Assembly (NCBI GenBank): GCA_963790205.1
Contig: CAWBNQ010000011.1
Span: 134,066-198,065, forward strand
Reading direction: 5' to 3'
Length of the DNA: 64,000 nt
Source: Nitrospirota bacterium
GTDB lineage: Bacteria; Nitrospirota; UBA9217
Shown here: positions 8,821-17,294 of the stretch, in pieces
Position numbering within the stretch: the stretch's first letter is position 1
Layout of the letters: the number at the start of each line of letters is the position of its first letter
The notes under the pieces: generated by a model
What the model was told of the DNA's origin: nothing
Seen by the model: only the letters and a program-made list of their open reading frames with translations
Database searches by the model: none
Translations under genes and position numbers: made by a program

Positions 8821-9520
8821 TAAAAATATTCCCACGGAGATAGAGAGGTTCGACCTTTCTGCGAGGATCCAGCACGTCATCATGTTCACGACGTTTTTGC
8901 TCCTGTCCTTCACCGGATGGGGACTCAAGTATGCGTATCAGGATCCGGCGAGCGCCTGGATACGGTTCTGGGGCGGCGCGAAGACGGCGGGGATCATACA
9001 CCGGGCGGCGGGAATCACGATGCTCCTGGATTTCATCTACCATCAGTTCTACCTCATCAACCAGGCACGCAAGGGAGGATTTAGGCTGAGCCTTGTTCCC
9101 ATGCCCAAGGACGTCGTCGATGCGTTCCACAATTTCATGTACTTCTTCGGCTTCAGGAAGGAAAAACCGTACTTCGGAAAGTTCAACTACATGCAGAAGT
9201 TCGACTACTGGGCGGTATATTGGGGCATGTTCATCATCGGAGCTTCCGGGTTCTTCCTGGCTTTTCCGGTGACGGTTTCATCGCTTTTTCCCATGTGGTC
9301 TATCCAATGGATCTGGGACGTCATCTTTGTCATGCACAGCGATGAGGCGCTTCTTGCCATCGTATTCATTCTCATTTTCCATTTCTACAACGAACACCTG
9401 CGGTCAGAGGTGTTCCCGATGAACTGGATGTGGCTGACCGGGAAGATGTCTATTGAACAGCTCAAACATCATCATCCTGCCGAATACGATTATCTTTACG
9501 GAGACAAAAAGAAGAAGTAG
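8813..9520 (+). CDS. Membrane cytochrome b (FdnI/HydC-like)
   Basis: RFDLSARIQH, IIHRAAG, KFNYMQKFDYWAVYWG, MHSDEALLA, FHFY. Overlaps the upstream stop; SD AGGAGG. Confidence 0.9.
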   Translation: MNNKNIPTEIERFDLSARIQHVIMFTTFLLLSFTGWGLKYAYQDPASAWIRFWGGAKTAGIIHRAAGITMLLDFIYHQFYLINQARKGGFRLSLVPMPKDVVDAFHNFMYFFGFRKEKPYFGKFNYMQKFDYWAVYWGMFIIGASGFFLAFPVTVSSLFPMWSIQWIWDVIFVMHSDEALLAIVFILIFHFYNEHLRSEVFPMNWMWLTGKMSIEQLKHHHPAEYDYLYGDKKKK

Positions 9521-9532
9521 CGTGACGATGAG

Positions 9533-9566
9533 AAAAAAACGGCGGCCGGTGAGGCCGCCGTTTTTT
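9533..9566. terminator. Bidirectional intrinsic terminator
   Basis: AAAAAAACGGCGGCC-GGTGA-GGCCGCCGTTTTTT between convergent genes. Confidence 0.85.
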
Positions 9567-9586
9567 ATTGAGGGAGAGGGGAACCG

Positions 9587-10249
9587 TCACGCCAGTTTCT
9601 CGAGGGTTCCTTGTTTCATCCTGAACCGCGTAACGGCCCGAAGGGCAATCTCGGAGCTGTGGGTCACCATGATCATCGTGACCTTCTTCTCGCGGTTGAT
9701 CTTCTCGAAGAAGGCCATGATCTCGGCCTCCGTTTCCTCATCGAGGTCACCGGTGGGCTCGTCAGCCAGGATGATCTCGGGTTCGTGAATGAACGCACGG
9801 GCAATCGCCACCCGCTGCTGCTCGCCGCCGGAGAGCTCGGAAGGGTACCGGTCAGCCTTATCTCCGAGTCCGACGAGACGAAGCAGCCGGACCGCGTCGT
9901 CCCTCTTTTTTTTGCCGCCGAACACGGTCGGCAGGAGGACGTTCTCGGTCGCGGTGAGGGTAGGGATGAGGCTGGCGAACTGATATATAAAACCGATCTT
10001 CTCGTTCCTCAGTTTCGAGAGTCCTCTGTCGTCATAGCTCCGGATGTCGGTCCCATCAAGGATGACCGTGCCCGTATCAGGCCTGGCGATGCCTCCGACA
10101 AGGCTCAAAAACGTGCTCTTGCCGGACCCCGAGTGCCCGACGATCGAGACGAACTTCCCCTGCTCGATGGAGAGATCGACAGGCTGAAGCGCCTGTATGG
10201 TTTTTCCGGAGACGGTGTAGCTCTTCGATAATCCTTTCAGCTCAATCAT
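9587..10249 (-). CDS. ABC transporter ATP-binding protein (LolD/MacB-like)
   Basis: MIELKGLSKSY start coupled (ATGA) to the upstream stop; GHSGSGKST, LSGGEQQRVAIARA, LADEPTG. Confidence 0.92.
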   Translation of the reverse strand: MIELKGLSKSYTVSGKTIQALQPVDLSIEQGKFVSIVGHSGSGKSTFLSLVGGIARPDTGTVILDGTDIRSYDDRGLSKLRNEKIGFIYQFASLIPTLTATENVLLPTVFGGKKKRDDAVRLLRLVGLGDKADRYPSELSGGEQQRVAIARAFIHEPEIILADEPTGDLDEETEAEIMAFFEKINREKKVTMIMVTHSSEIALRAVTRFRMKQGTLEKLA

Positions 10250-10650
10250 GAATTTCCCTTCTTTCTGGTTGATATCACGGTCCCGACAGCGGCTCCGCAC
10301 ATAATGACCGCAGAAACAACGGCGACGAACCGGATGCCCGGCACCATGCCGTAATTGCACGGCATCCGGCTGCTGCGGCAGTAGCCGAACTTGTCCGGGA
10401 GCAGGAACGCGACGATATATAAAACAATCGACACCGCCGCGCAGATGATATCGACCGGCCTCCATTTTAAAAAAGCCGTCGCGCTCCCGAGCACGATAAG
10501 CAGCGCGCCGACCACGTACTCCGCACGCGCCGTGTCCGAGCAGTGCATCGCGGGGAATCCCAGGTAGCCGCAGGCGGGAAGAATGAATCGCGGCACCAGA
10601 ATGAAGAGGAGGCCGCTTACGACGGCGGTTATGAAGATCAGTTTTTTCAT
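10246..10650 (-). CDS. DUF4418-like Cys-rich membrane protein
   Basis: Four hydrophobic segments with PAC...MHC and GYC....MPC motifs. Confidence 0.7.
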   Translation of the reverse strand: MKKLIFITAVVSGLLFILVPRFILPACGYLGFPAMHCSDTARAEYVVGALLIVLGSATAFLKWRPVDIICAAVSIVLYIVAFLLPDKFGYCRSSRMPCNYGMVPGIRFVAVVSAVIMCGAAVGTVISTRKKGNS

Positions 10651-11051
10651 TTGAGCGCTGTTGCAGTTCCGTCGAAATCCATTGCCGCGCCGTACTCCAA
10701 AGCCTTGCCTTTATCCGCAAAGGGTGCAATACCCCACCCCATGGGAGTTTTGAATTTTTTTTCGGAATGCACGTAGTATGCTTTATGGGCGTCGATCCAT
10801 TCGCCGGTGTTGTAGTCTTTGACTTCTACGCGAGTCGCGGACGGCTTTTTTCTTTTCAGATAGGAAAAGAGGTCCCCGATATCGCAGAAATAGAGCGTCT
10901 GATCGCCCTGGATGATCCGAGACGTGAATTTTGCGGCAACATCGCAGGTCATGCCGCATTCAGAGCAATTGACCGTCTCCGCAAACGCTGGTGACGCAAT
11001 TACGGAAAACCATATCAGGACAACCAGGGCTTTTTTCGTTACTATGGGCAT
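10647..11051 (-). CDS. NosL-family copper chaperone-like protein
   Basis: Signal peptide, CSECGM, FCDIGDL, WIDAHKAYYV, TPMGWGI: NosL signature. Confidence 0.85.
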   Translation of the reverse strand: MPIVTKKALVVLIWFSVIASPAFAETVNCSECGMTCDVAAKFTSRIIQGDQTLYFCDIGDLFSYLKRKKPSATRVEVKDYNTGEWIDAHKAYYVHSEKKFKTPMGWGIAPFADKGKALEYGAAMDFDGTATALK

Positions 11052-11083
11052 AGTGCGCTTCCCTTGCAAATTACAAAAAATAT

Positions 11084-11683
11084 TTACTTCCCCTTTGCAT
11101 CGATTTCCTTCTTGAGGGCCTGAGCGGTCCCTTCATCGAATTTTTTGATTTCGTTGTACTGCTTCAGGGCTTCCGCGCGCCGCCCCTTGTTGAGCAATAC
11201 GACGCCGAGGTTATAGCGGGCTGTTGCGTAATGCGGACGCAGGGAGATGGCTTTTTCGAGCGCGGCGATCTGTTCATTTGTTTTTCCCACCATGCCGTAT
11301 GACGCCGCGAGGTTATTGTAAATCACCGGGTTCTTTGGGGAATATTTCCCCGCCTTCAGGAAAGGCTTTATCGCTTCCCGGTACTTGCCGAGCCTGTTAT
11401 AGGCCGTGCCAAGTTGCTCATAGGCGTAGCCGATTTCTTTCGGTTTGAGGGCGATGACTTTCTTGAGGGCGTCGACCTCCTCCGGGTACATACCGGCCCG
11501 GTCGTAGAGATCCGCAAGGTGAAACCATGCGTCCGTGTCGCGGGGATTGCTTGCGACCCGTTCCCTGAGCACCTGGATATCGGATTTTTGCGGGGCGATC
11601 TGGACGGAAGGTCTTTCGTTATCCTTGGAGCAAGCGGTGAGCATCGTCAGGATTATCAACAGTATGGAAATCCTCCATCGCAT
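11084..11683 (-). CDS. TPR-repeat lipoprotein
   Basis: Lipobox LTAC; repeated AWFHLA / AYEQLG / IYNNLA / ARYNLG TPR helices. Confidence 0.85.
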   Translation of the reverse strand: MRWRISILLIILTMLTACSKDNERPSVQIAPQKSDIQVLRERVASNPRDTDAWFHLADLYDRAGMYPEEVDALKKVIALKPKEIGYAYEQLGTAYNRLGKYREAIKPFLKAGKYSPKNPVIYNNLAASYGMVGKTNEQIAALEKAISLRPHYATARYNLGVVLLNKGRRAEALKQYNEIKKFDEGTAQALKKEIDAKGK

Positions 11684-12879
11684 TATTCTTCTCTCCTTAT
11701 GGCTTCATACGGTTCCATCTTTAAAATGGCAAGGGACGGCAGGAGGGCGGAAAGCAGACCGGTGGCAAGGGAAAAAATTACCGCGCCGACGATCAGAACG
11801 GTCAGATCCGCGGGCGAAGGGAACAGATACGGGAGTTTTAAATAGTGCAACATAAGGTCTTTAAAGCTCATGAGCAATCCGAAACCGAGAACGACACCGG
11901 TTGCGCCGCCGCCTGCCGACAACAGCGATGCCTCAGACAGAAGGATTGCGGAAATATGGTTTTTATTCGCGCCCATCGCCCGGAGGAGGCCGATTTCACG
12001 ACGCCGTTCGTTTACGATCATATAAAACGCGAAAGCCATGATTAAAAGAACGATAAACCAGAGGACGATGCTGATGATGATTATCGCGCGAATAAGACCG
12101 GAGAGCTGATTTCTCACCGTGCTGATGACCCTGTCGGACACCAGGGCCTTTACGCCGCTGATGGCATATTCGATCCTGACGGCTACCCGGTCCGGCGTAA
12201 TATCGTCGTCCACCTGCACCAGGACCGTTGAGATTTTGTCCCTTCCGATCTCAATGGGTTGAAGAGCTTTCGTCTTCGATTCCTCGGCCATCTTATAGGC
12301 CGCATCGAGGCTCATGAAAACCGCACGATCGAAAAAGTCCATGCCGGTCGGTTCCATGGTCCCCGCGACCCTGAAATTGGTACCGAAAAAGGGGATCATG
12401 TCCCCGACGATGACGGGGACCGACCGGCCGGTGATGATCTCGTTGATCCCCAGTTTTCGATTAAGGTTTTTTTCGAGCCAGGGCTTAACCGTAAAGTCGG
12501 TTTCCGGGTCGAAGGCCACCAGGAATACGTCTACATTGAAGCAGCAGGAAAAACTCGTCGGTTTAATAAAGAGCTGGGGCGTGGCGGCCTTTACCCCCTC
12601 AACATGTCTAACACGATCGAGGACCGATCTGTCCATCAGAAACTGGGTTGGCTCTCCCGAGAGGAGCGCAGACTTCGCCTTGGCTTCAGCGCTCGCGGGG
12701 ACCACGAGAATATCGGCGCCGAGACGATAGGTCCCGATTTTAAGCGCATTATTTATGCTTTTCAGGAAGAGGGTCGCCGTAAACAATGTACACGACACGA
12801 CGGCGACGATGGCAAATAAAAGCCATGTCCTTGTCAGCTTTCTCTTCAGGTTCTTAATTGCAACATAGGGAATGTTCAT
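11683..12879 (-). CDS. ABC transporter permease (MacB/FtsX family)
   Basis: RLGADILVVP, ERRREIGLLRAMGA, EPYEAIR; a CC pair in the periplasmic domain. Confidence 0.9.
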   Translation of the reverse strand: MNIPYVAIKNLKRKLTRTWLLFAIVAVVSCTLFTATLFLKSINNALKIGTYRLGADILVVPASAEAKAKSALLSGEPTQFLMDRSVLDRVRHVEGVKAATPQLFIKPTSFSCCFNVDVFLVAFDPETDFTVKPWLEKNLNRKLGINEIITGRSVPVIVGDMIPFFGTNFRVAGTMEPTGMDFFDRAVFMSLDAAYKMAEESKTKALQPIEIGRDKISTVLVQVDDDITPDRVAVRIEYAISGVKALVSDRVISTVRNQLSGLIRAIIIISIVLWFIVLLIMAFAFYMIVNERRREIGLLRAMGANKNHISAILLSEASLLSAGGGATGVVLGFGLLMSFKDLMLHYLKLPYLFPSPADLTVLIVGAVIFSLATGLLSALLPSLAILKMEPYEAIRREE

Positions 12880-12968
12880 AATGGCAGTGATTTTTCCTTC
12901 GGAGCGGTAAAATTAGGAACGTAGGAACGAAATTATTATACCACAAAGCAGGCGGGCAAGTAAAGAGT

Positions 12969-12994
12969 CCGGAGGGCGGGCTGCCGCCCTCCGG
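12969..12994 (-). terminator. Hairpin (terminator or stabiliser) after the beta-propeller gene
   Basis: CCGGAGGGCGG-GCTG-CCGCCCTCCGG, followed on the minus strand by ACTCTTTA. Confidence 0.6.
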
Positions 12995-13011
12995 CGTAAC
13001 TGAAGAAACGG

Positions 13012-14145
13012 TTATTTCTTCCAATCTACGGTAATGCCGCAGAGCAGAGGGGATCCTGAATCGATCGCAACCTTTATTCCGTTAGCATTATGGCATGATG
13101 CGCACAGGGATACTTCTTCGACGATGGTGTCATCTTTCATATTCATGACCGCCAGCAAGCTGTCGTCGCTGCCGTACGATCTGGATGCGAGAAGCGCATA
13201 CCCGTTCTTGGTGAAGGCGAAGTCATGAGGACTGAGGTTGTTCGGGAGCACAATGCGCTTCACAATGGAGTCCGTCTTTGTGCTGATGATGATCACCTGG
13301 TGCGCCTTGGTGCCGCCTTTCAGCACACTCGCGGTACCGGCCGTACCGGTCGGATTCAGCTCGAATTCATTCGGAGCGCTCACCCAGAGATATTTGCCGT
13401 CCGGCGTCATGCGATCCTGATGGATGAAGGTCATCTCGGGGCTCGTGATCTCCTTAATTTTCTTCTTCGTCTTCCAGTCATACACGTATACCTTGCCTGC
13501 CGGCATGTCGGTGATGTATGCTTTTTTGTCGTTCTTGGTCCACTGAATGCCGCAGACCGCCATACCAACCGGCATTTTGTCCACGAGCTTGAGCTTTTCC
13601 GGGTTCCACACATAGACGTTTCCGTCGGTCATGTCTTCGAAATAGACGTTGCCGTCCGGACCGGTGATGGCTCCGCAGAACTTCTCGCCGACCTTAAAGG
13701 GACCTTCCTTTTTAGCGGCCCTGCCGTTCGCATCGAGCTCGACCTTGTACACGTTTCCGGCCAGCGTGCCGGCGATCAGGACTTTCTTCCCATGTTCCAT
13801 CATGAGGGTCTGTCCGTGAGAACCGCCGGACTTTTTGGCTTGTTCAAAGCTGATGCCCGCGACCTTGCCTTCCATCTCGGAGCCGGCCTCGGTAAGGACG
13901 ATTCTGTCTTTTTCAACATCGGTCGGCGACTTCATGGTCCTCAGATCGAGGATCGCCAGGTGCCCGCCGTGGCCGGCAATGTATGCTATCCCGTCAAAAG
14001 TCACGGGTTTGGCCTCTTTCACCACTTTTGCATCGACGACGGTCTCAGATGCGGCATTGACTGACGAGCGCAGGGACATGACCATGAAAAGAGCCAAGAC
14101 GCACACTCCAACGAGACTGATGACTACACTTTTTTTGAAACTCAT
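13012..14145 (-). CDS. Secreted YncE-like beta-propeller with a C-terminal CxxCH and Cys/His motifs
   Basis: Signal peptide; blade-like repeats (TPDGKYLWVS, FTKNGYAL); HGGH, SHG, FCG, VCG, FIHQ, PHD, CASCH, LCG. Confidence 0.8.
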   Translation of the reverse strand: MSFKKSVVISLVGVCVLALFMVMSLRSSVNAASETVVDAKVVKEAKPVTFDGIAYIAGHGGHLAILDLRTMKSPTDVEKDRIVLTEAGSEMEGKVAGISFEQAKKSGGSHGQTLMMEHGKKVLIAGTLAGNVYKVELDANGRAAKKEGPFKVGEKFCGAITGPDGNVYFEDMTDGNVYVWNPEKLKLVDKMPVGMAVCGIQWTKNDKKAYITDMPAGKVYVYDWKTKKKIKEITSPEMTFIHQDRMTPDGKYLWVSAPNEFELNPTGTAGTASVLKGGTKAHQVIIISTKTDSIVKRIVLPNNLSPHDFAFTKNGYALLASRSYGSDDSLLAVMNMKDDTIVEEVSLCASCHNANGIKVAIDSGSPLLCGITVDWKK

Positions 14146-14589
14146 AGTTCCTCCCCTTTAATGAAAGTTGAGCACGATGCGTGCTCAGATTACTCTCTGG
14201 ATCTCATGCTGACATGTATTCAAATAAGAATCTACTTCGTTCTTTATCTGGCCACCTCCTTCTCCGCTTCACACGGAAAAAATGAGTACCCATGGCTTCA
14301 TTTTTCGAGGCTTCACATTTAAAGAATCAATGGCATAATCAATATAGTATAAGTGCACGCAGGGTGTCAACTTCAAATTGTAATTTTACACGTTGCGCTT
14401 GTTGCAACTTGCTGTAACAATCAAAAATAATTATGCATTAATTATGCCGTGGTGAATAGGTGTCAGCGCAAGGATTAAGAAGTGGATCAGGATAGGTTAG
14501 CTCAGGCCATACCGTGTAAGCCTCCTTGTGCAACTGTCGGAGATGCGCGCCTGTATATGCCTGGGGAAGGGGAGAATATGTTGAGAAAA

Positions 14590-14626
14590 AAAAGGCATCC
14601 CCCCTGAAAGTTGAGAGGATGCCTTT
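14590..14626 (-). terminator. Intrinsic terminator of rpmB
   Basis: AAAAGGCATCC...GGATGCCTTTT, giving a long poly-T tail on the minus strand. Confidence 0.75.
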
Positions 14627-14634
14627 TAACTGTT

Positions 14635-14829
14635 TTAGCTGACTTTCTTTACTTTGCCCGAGCGTATACAGCGCGTGCATGCCTTTATCCGGACATGGGA
14701 CCCGTGAGGTCCTACAGCCTTTACACTCTGGATGTTCGGCTTCGATACTTTCTTTGTTTTGTTATTGGCATGGCTCACCTGGTTACCGCTGAGCTTGCCC
14801 TTGCCGCAAATTTCACATGTTCCCGCCAC
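14635..14829 (-). CDS. rpmB: 50S ribosomal protein L28 (Zn-binding CxxC form)
   Basis: [20 protein letters not shown]...PNIQ...[13 protein letters not shown] start after GGAGG. Confidence 0.96.
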   Translation of the reverse strand: MAGTCEICGKGKLSGNQVSHANNKTKKVSKPNIQSVKAVGPHGSHVRIKACTRCIRSGKVKKVS

Positions 14830-14940
14830 AGTACCGTCCTCCGCTTAGTTAAAATTAGGATTAACATTTAAAAGCAGGCGTACGATATCATAAGAACAGG
14901 CGGTTTGCAAGGGGAAAATGTGGACAGCCTATTTAAATAC

Positions 14941-14984
14941 TTGACATCCTTTATCGATTGATATAATGTAAGTACATACTTACA
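14941..14984 (+). promoter_or_regulatory. sigma70 promoter with a perfect palindromic operator (likely TetR site)
   Basis: TTGACA (14941) and TATAAT (14962; 15-nt spacer, short). TGTAAGTA-CA-TACTTACA at 14967-14984, immediately upstream of tetR. Confidence 0.7.
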
Positions 14985-15000
14985 AGGATTTCAACAAAGG

Positions 15001-15624
15001 ATGAAAACGTCAAATACAAGAGAGCAGCTCCTGAAAGCAACCCTGAAGCTCATTTCGGAGAAGGGGTATCTCGGCGCCACGACAAGGGAGATCGCCCATG
15101 AGGCGGGCGTGACCGAGCTGACCCTGTTTAGGCACTTCGGGTCGAAGGAGCATCTTTTCGAGGAACTGCTGAAGGGCTATACGTTCCTTCCGATGTTGAA
15201 AGAGCTCCTGCCCGAGTTGGAGGGGCTTTCCTGCAAAGAGGCCCTTACGCTGATCGCTACGCGGTTTCTCCTGTCGCTCAAAGAGCGGAAATCCATTGTC
15301 AAGATCATGTATTCCGAGGTTACCAGTTATCCCGAAAAGATCAGGGAAGTCTATAATAAAGTCATAGATGAGATGAGAATAACGCTTGCACGTTACTTCG
15401 AGTCCCAGCAGAATCGCGGCGACTTCAGAAAAAACATATCGCCTGAAATGGCTGCCCGTGTGTTCCTGTGGATACTTTTTTCCTATTTCAGATCTGAAGA
15501 AATCATGCGTTCCGCAGGAATGAAGAAAAAAGTCATGGAAAAAGATGTGCGGGAGATCATTGATATTTTCATGCATGGAACATTGACGGATAACAGTAAC
15601 CTGTTCAAGGGAGAAATGCCATGA
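15001..15624 (+). CDS. TetR/AcrR family transcriptional regulator
   Basis: ATTREIAHEAGVTELTLFRHFGSKE HTH. Confidence 0.93.
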   Translation: MKTSNTREQLLKATLKLISEKGYLGATTREIAHEAGVTELTLFRHFGSKEHLFEELLKGYTFLPMLKELLPELEGLSCKEALTLIATRFLLSLKERKSIVKIMYSEVTSYPEKIREVYNKVIDEMRITLARYFESQQNRGDFRKNISPEMAARVFLWILFSYFRSEEIMRSAGMKKKVMEKDVREIIDIFMHGTLTDNSNLFKGEMP

Positions 15625-17186
15625 GGGGGAAGATCAAACTGAAAATACGACGTATAGCGTTTGCAACTGTCTTCATCCTGGCCCTTACGATCGCTCGGTT
15701 TCATCTTGTATATGCGGAAGTGCCGGCGCAGGCGGATCAAAATACGACGGTCCCTGAGCAAAAGGCTGAAGAGCCGGCGCTGACGGACCGGAATGCAGCG
15801 GTTCCAGCGCAGAAGGCTGAGGCGCCGGCGCAGACGAACCAGAAAACTCCGGCCCCGGAACAGAAGGCGGAAGGACCGGCACAGTCAATTCAAAATACGG
15901 CAGTCCCTGAGCAGTCGGAAAAGAGTGATCGTTCGGGTGAAGGCATGATCGCCAAGGATGAGATGCTGACGTTGAGCCGCTGTATCGAGATCGCACTCAA
16001 GAAAAACCCGACTATCGTTGCCGCGGTGAATACGGTGGGCGTCAATCGGAGCAGGGTGGGCGAAGCGCGTTCGGCCTATTACCCGCAGATCAGCGCCACG
16101 GGGGCTTACAGCAGGTCTAAATCCGTTACCGTACCGCAGGTCAATCCGTTCGCGGCAACTGCACCGGTCAATGAATCTTCCGGCACGGTTACACTTAACC
16201 AGAACATATATGATTTCGGCAGGACGTCGTCGTCGGTCGGCATCTCGAAGTATAATCTGGAGTCCTCCCGGTCAGACCTTTCTACAACGGAGGATGTCGC
16301 GATCCTGAGCGTAAAACAGGCGTATTACGGAGTGCTCCAAGCCAGGAGGAACCGGGACGTGGCAGCAGACGTCATAAAACAGTTTCAATTGCACCTGGAC
16401 CAGGCGCAGGGTTTTTACGCCGTCGGCACGAATGCGAAAATCGATGTGATCAAGGCTGAAGTGGACCTGAGCAACGCGAAGCTCAGTCTCATCAATGCCG
16501 AGAATGCGCTTAAAATAGCATGGGTGACCCTGAACAATGTCATGGGGGTCCCTGACGCGCCTGAGTACTCCATTGAGGATAACCTCTCATTCCAGAAGTA
16601 TCCGATAACCCTGGAGGAAGCGACGGCGAAGGCGTTTGAGAACAGGCCGGACCTCAAGTCGATCGTCGCCAAAAGGCAGGCCGCAGAAGCGAATATCAGT
16701 TTGCAAAGATCAGGTTATTATCCCTTTTTATCGGGGAACGCAAATTACACCAAGTCCGAATCAACGGTGGATATAGAACCCAGGACATCGAGCAATACCA
16801 ATTCCTGGGATGTGGGTGTGGCACTTACCTTTCCCTTGTTCAATGGATTTTTAACCAGTCATCAGGTGGCCGAGGCAAAGTCCTCCTTCTACGTTCTTAA
16901 AGCGACTGAAGAAACGGTACGGCAGCAGATACTGCTCGATGTCCGCCAGGCGTACTTGAACCTGCAGGCGGCGGAGGCCAGCATAGCGACCTCCGAACTT
17001 GCATCCAAGCAGGCCAAAGAGAACCTGGATCTTGCAAACGGCAGATACTCGGCCGGAGTGGGAAGCCCTATCGAGGTTTCCGATGCGTTCGCCACGTATG
17101 TCACCGCCCAGGCGAACTATACGAGCGCGCTGGCTAATTACAAAATCGCCCAGGCGAGTATTGAAAAGGCGATGGGTGCACGGTAG
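15621..17186 (+). CDS. TolC-family outer membrane efflux protein with N-terminal 17-aa repeats
   Basis: LTLSRCIEIALKKNP, SAYYPQIS, SGYYPFLS, GRYSAG OEP motifs. Confidence 0.92.
   Translation: MRGKIKLKIRRIAFATVFILALTIARFHLVYAEVPAQADQNTTVPEQKAEEPALTDRNAAVPAQKAEAPAQTNQKTPAPEQKAEGPAQSIQNTAVPEQSEKSDRSGEGMIAKDEMLTLSRCIEIALKKNPTIVAAVNTVGVNRSRVGEARSAYYPQISATGAYSRSKSVTVPQVNPFAATAPVNESSGTVTLNQNIYDFGRTSSSVGISKYNLESSRSDLSTTEDVAILSVKQAYYGVLQARRNRDVAADVIKQFQLHLDQAQGFYAVGTNAKIDVIKAEVDLSNAKLSLINAENALKIAWVTLNNVMGVPDAPEYSIEDNLSFQKYPITLEEATAKAFENRPDLKSIVAKRQAAEANISLQRSGYYPFLSGNANYTKSESTVDIEPRTSSNTNSWDVGVALTFPLFNGFLTSHQVAEAKSSFYVLKATEETVRQQILLDVRQAYLNLQAAEASIATSELASKQAKENLDLANGRYSAGVGSPIEVSDAFATYVTAQANYTSALANYKIAQASIEKAMGAR
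15720..15923 (+). repeat. Four degenerate 51-bp tandem repeats within tolC
   Basis: VPAQADQNTTVPEQKAE / EPALTDRNAAVPAQKAE / APAQTNQKTPAPEQKAE / GPAQSIQNTAVPEQSEK. Confidence 0.8.
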
Positions 17187-17294
17187 TATAAAAATAAATT
17201 TGTCGGCAAAAGTGTTATAATATTTTTGCTTAAAAAGCATATGAGCTTGAGAAAACATGATTTAAAAATGAACAACGAAAGGCTTACAAGAGAC

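Noticed and set aside
9587..10729. 380-aa extended ABC ATPase
   Set aside because: The extension overlaps the DUF4418-like gene; the real start is the coupled ATG at 10249.
10647..14145. Nitrous oxide reductase (nos) or nitrite reductase (nirS) cluster
   Set aside because: The 377-aa propeller lacks a CuA domain and an N-terminal cytochrome c domain, and no nosZ/nosD or nir genes are present in the window.
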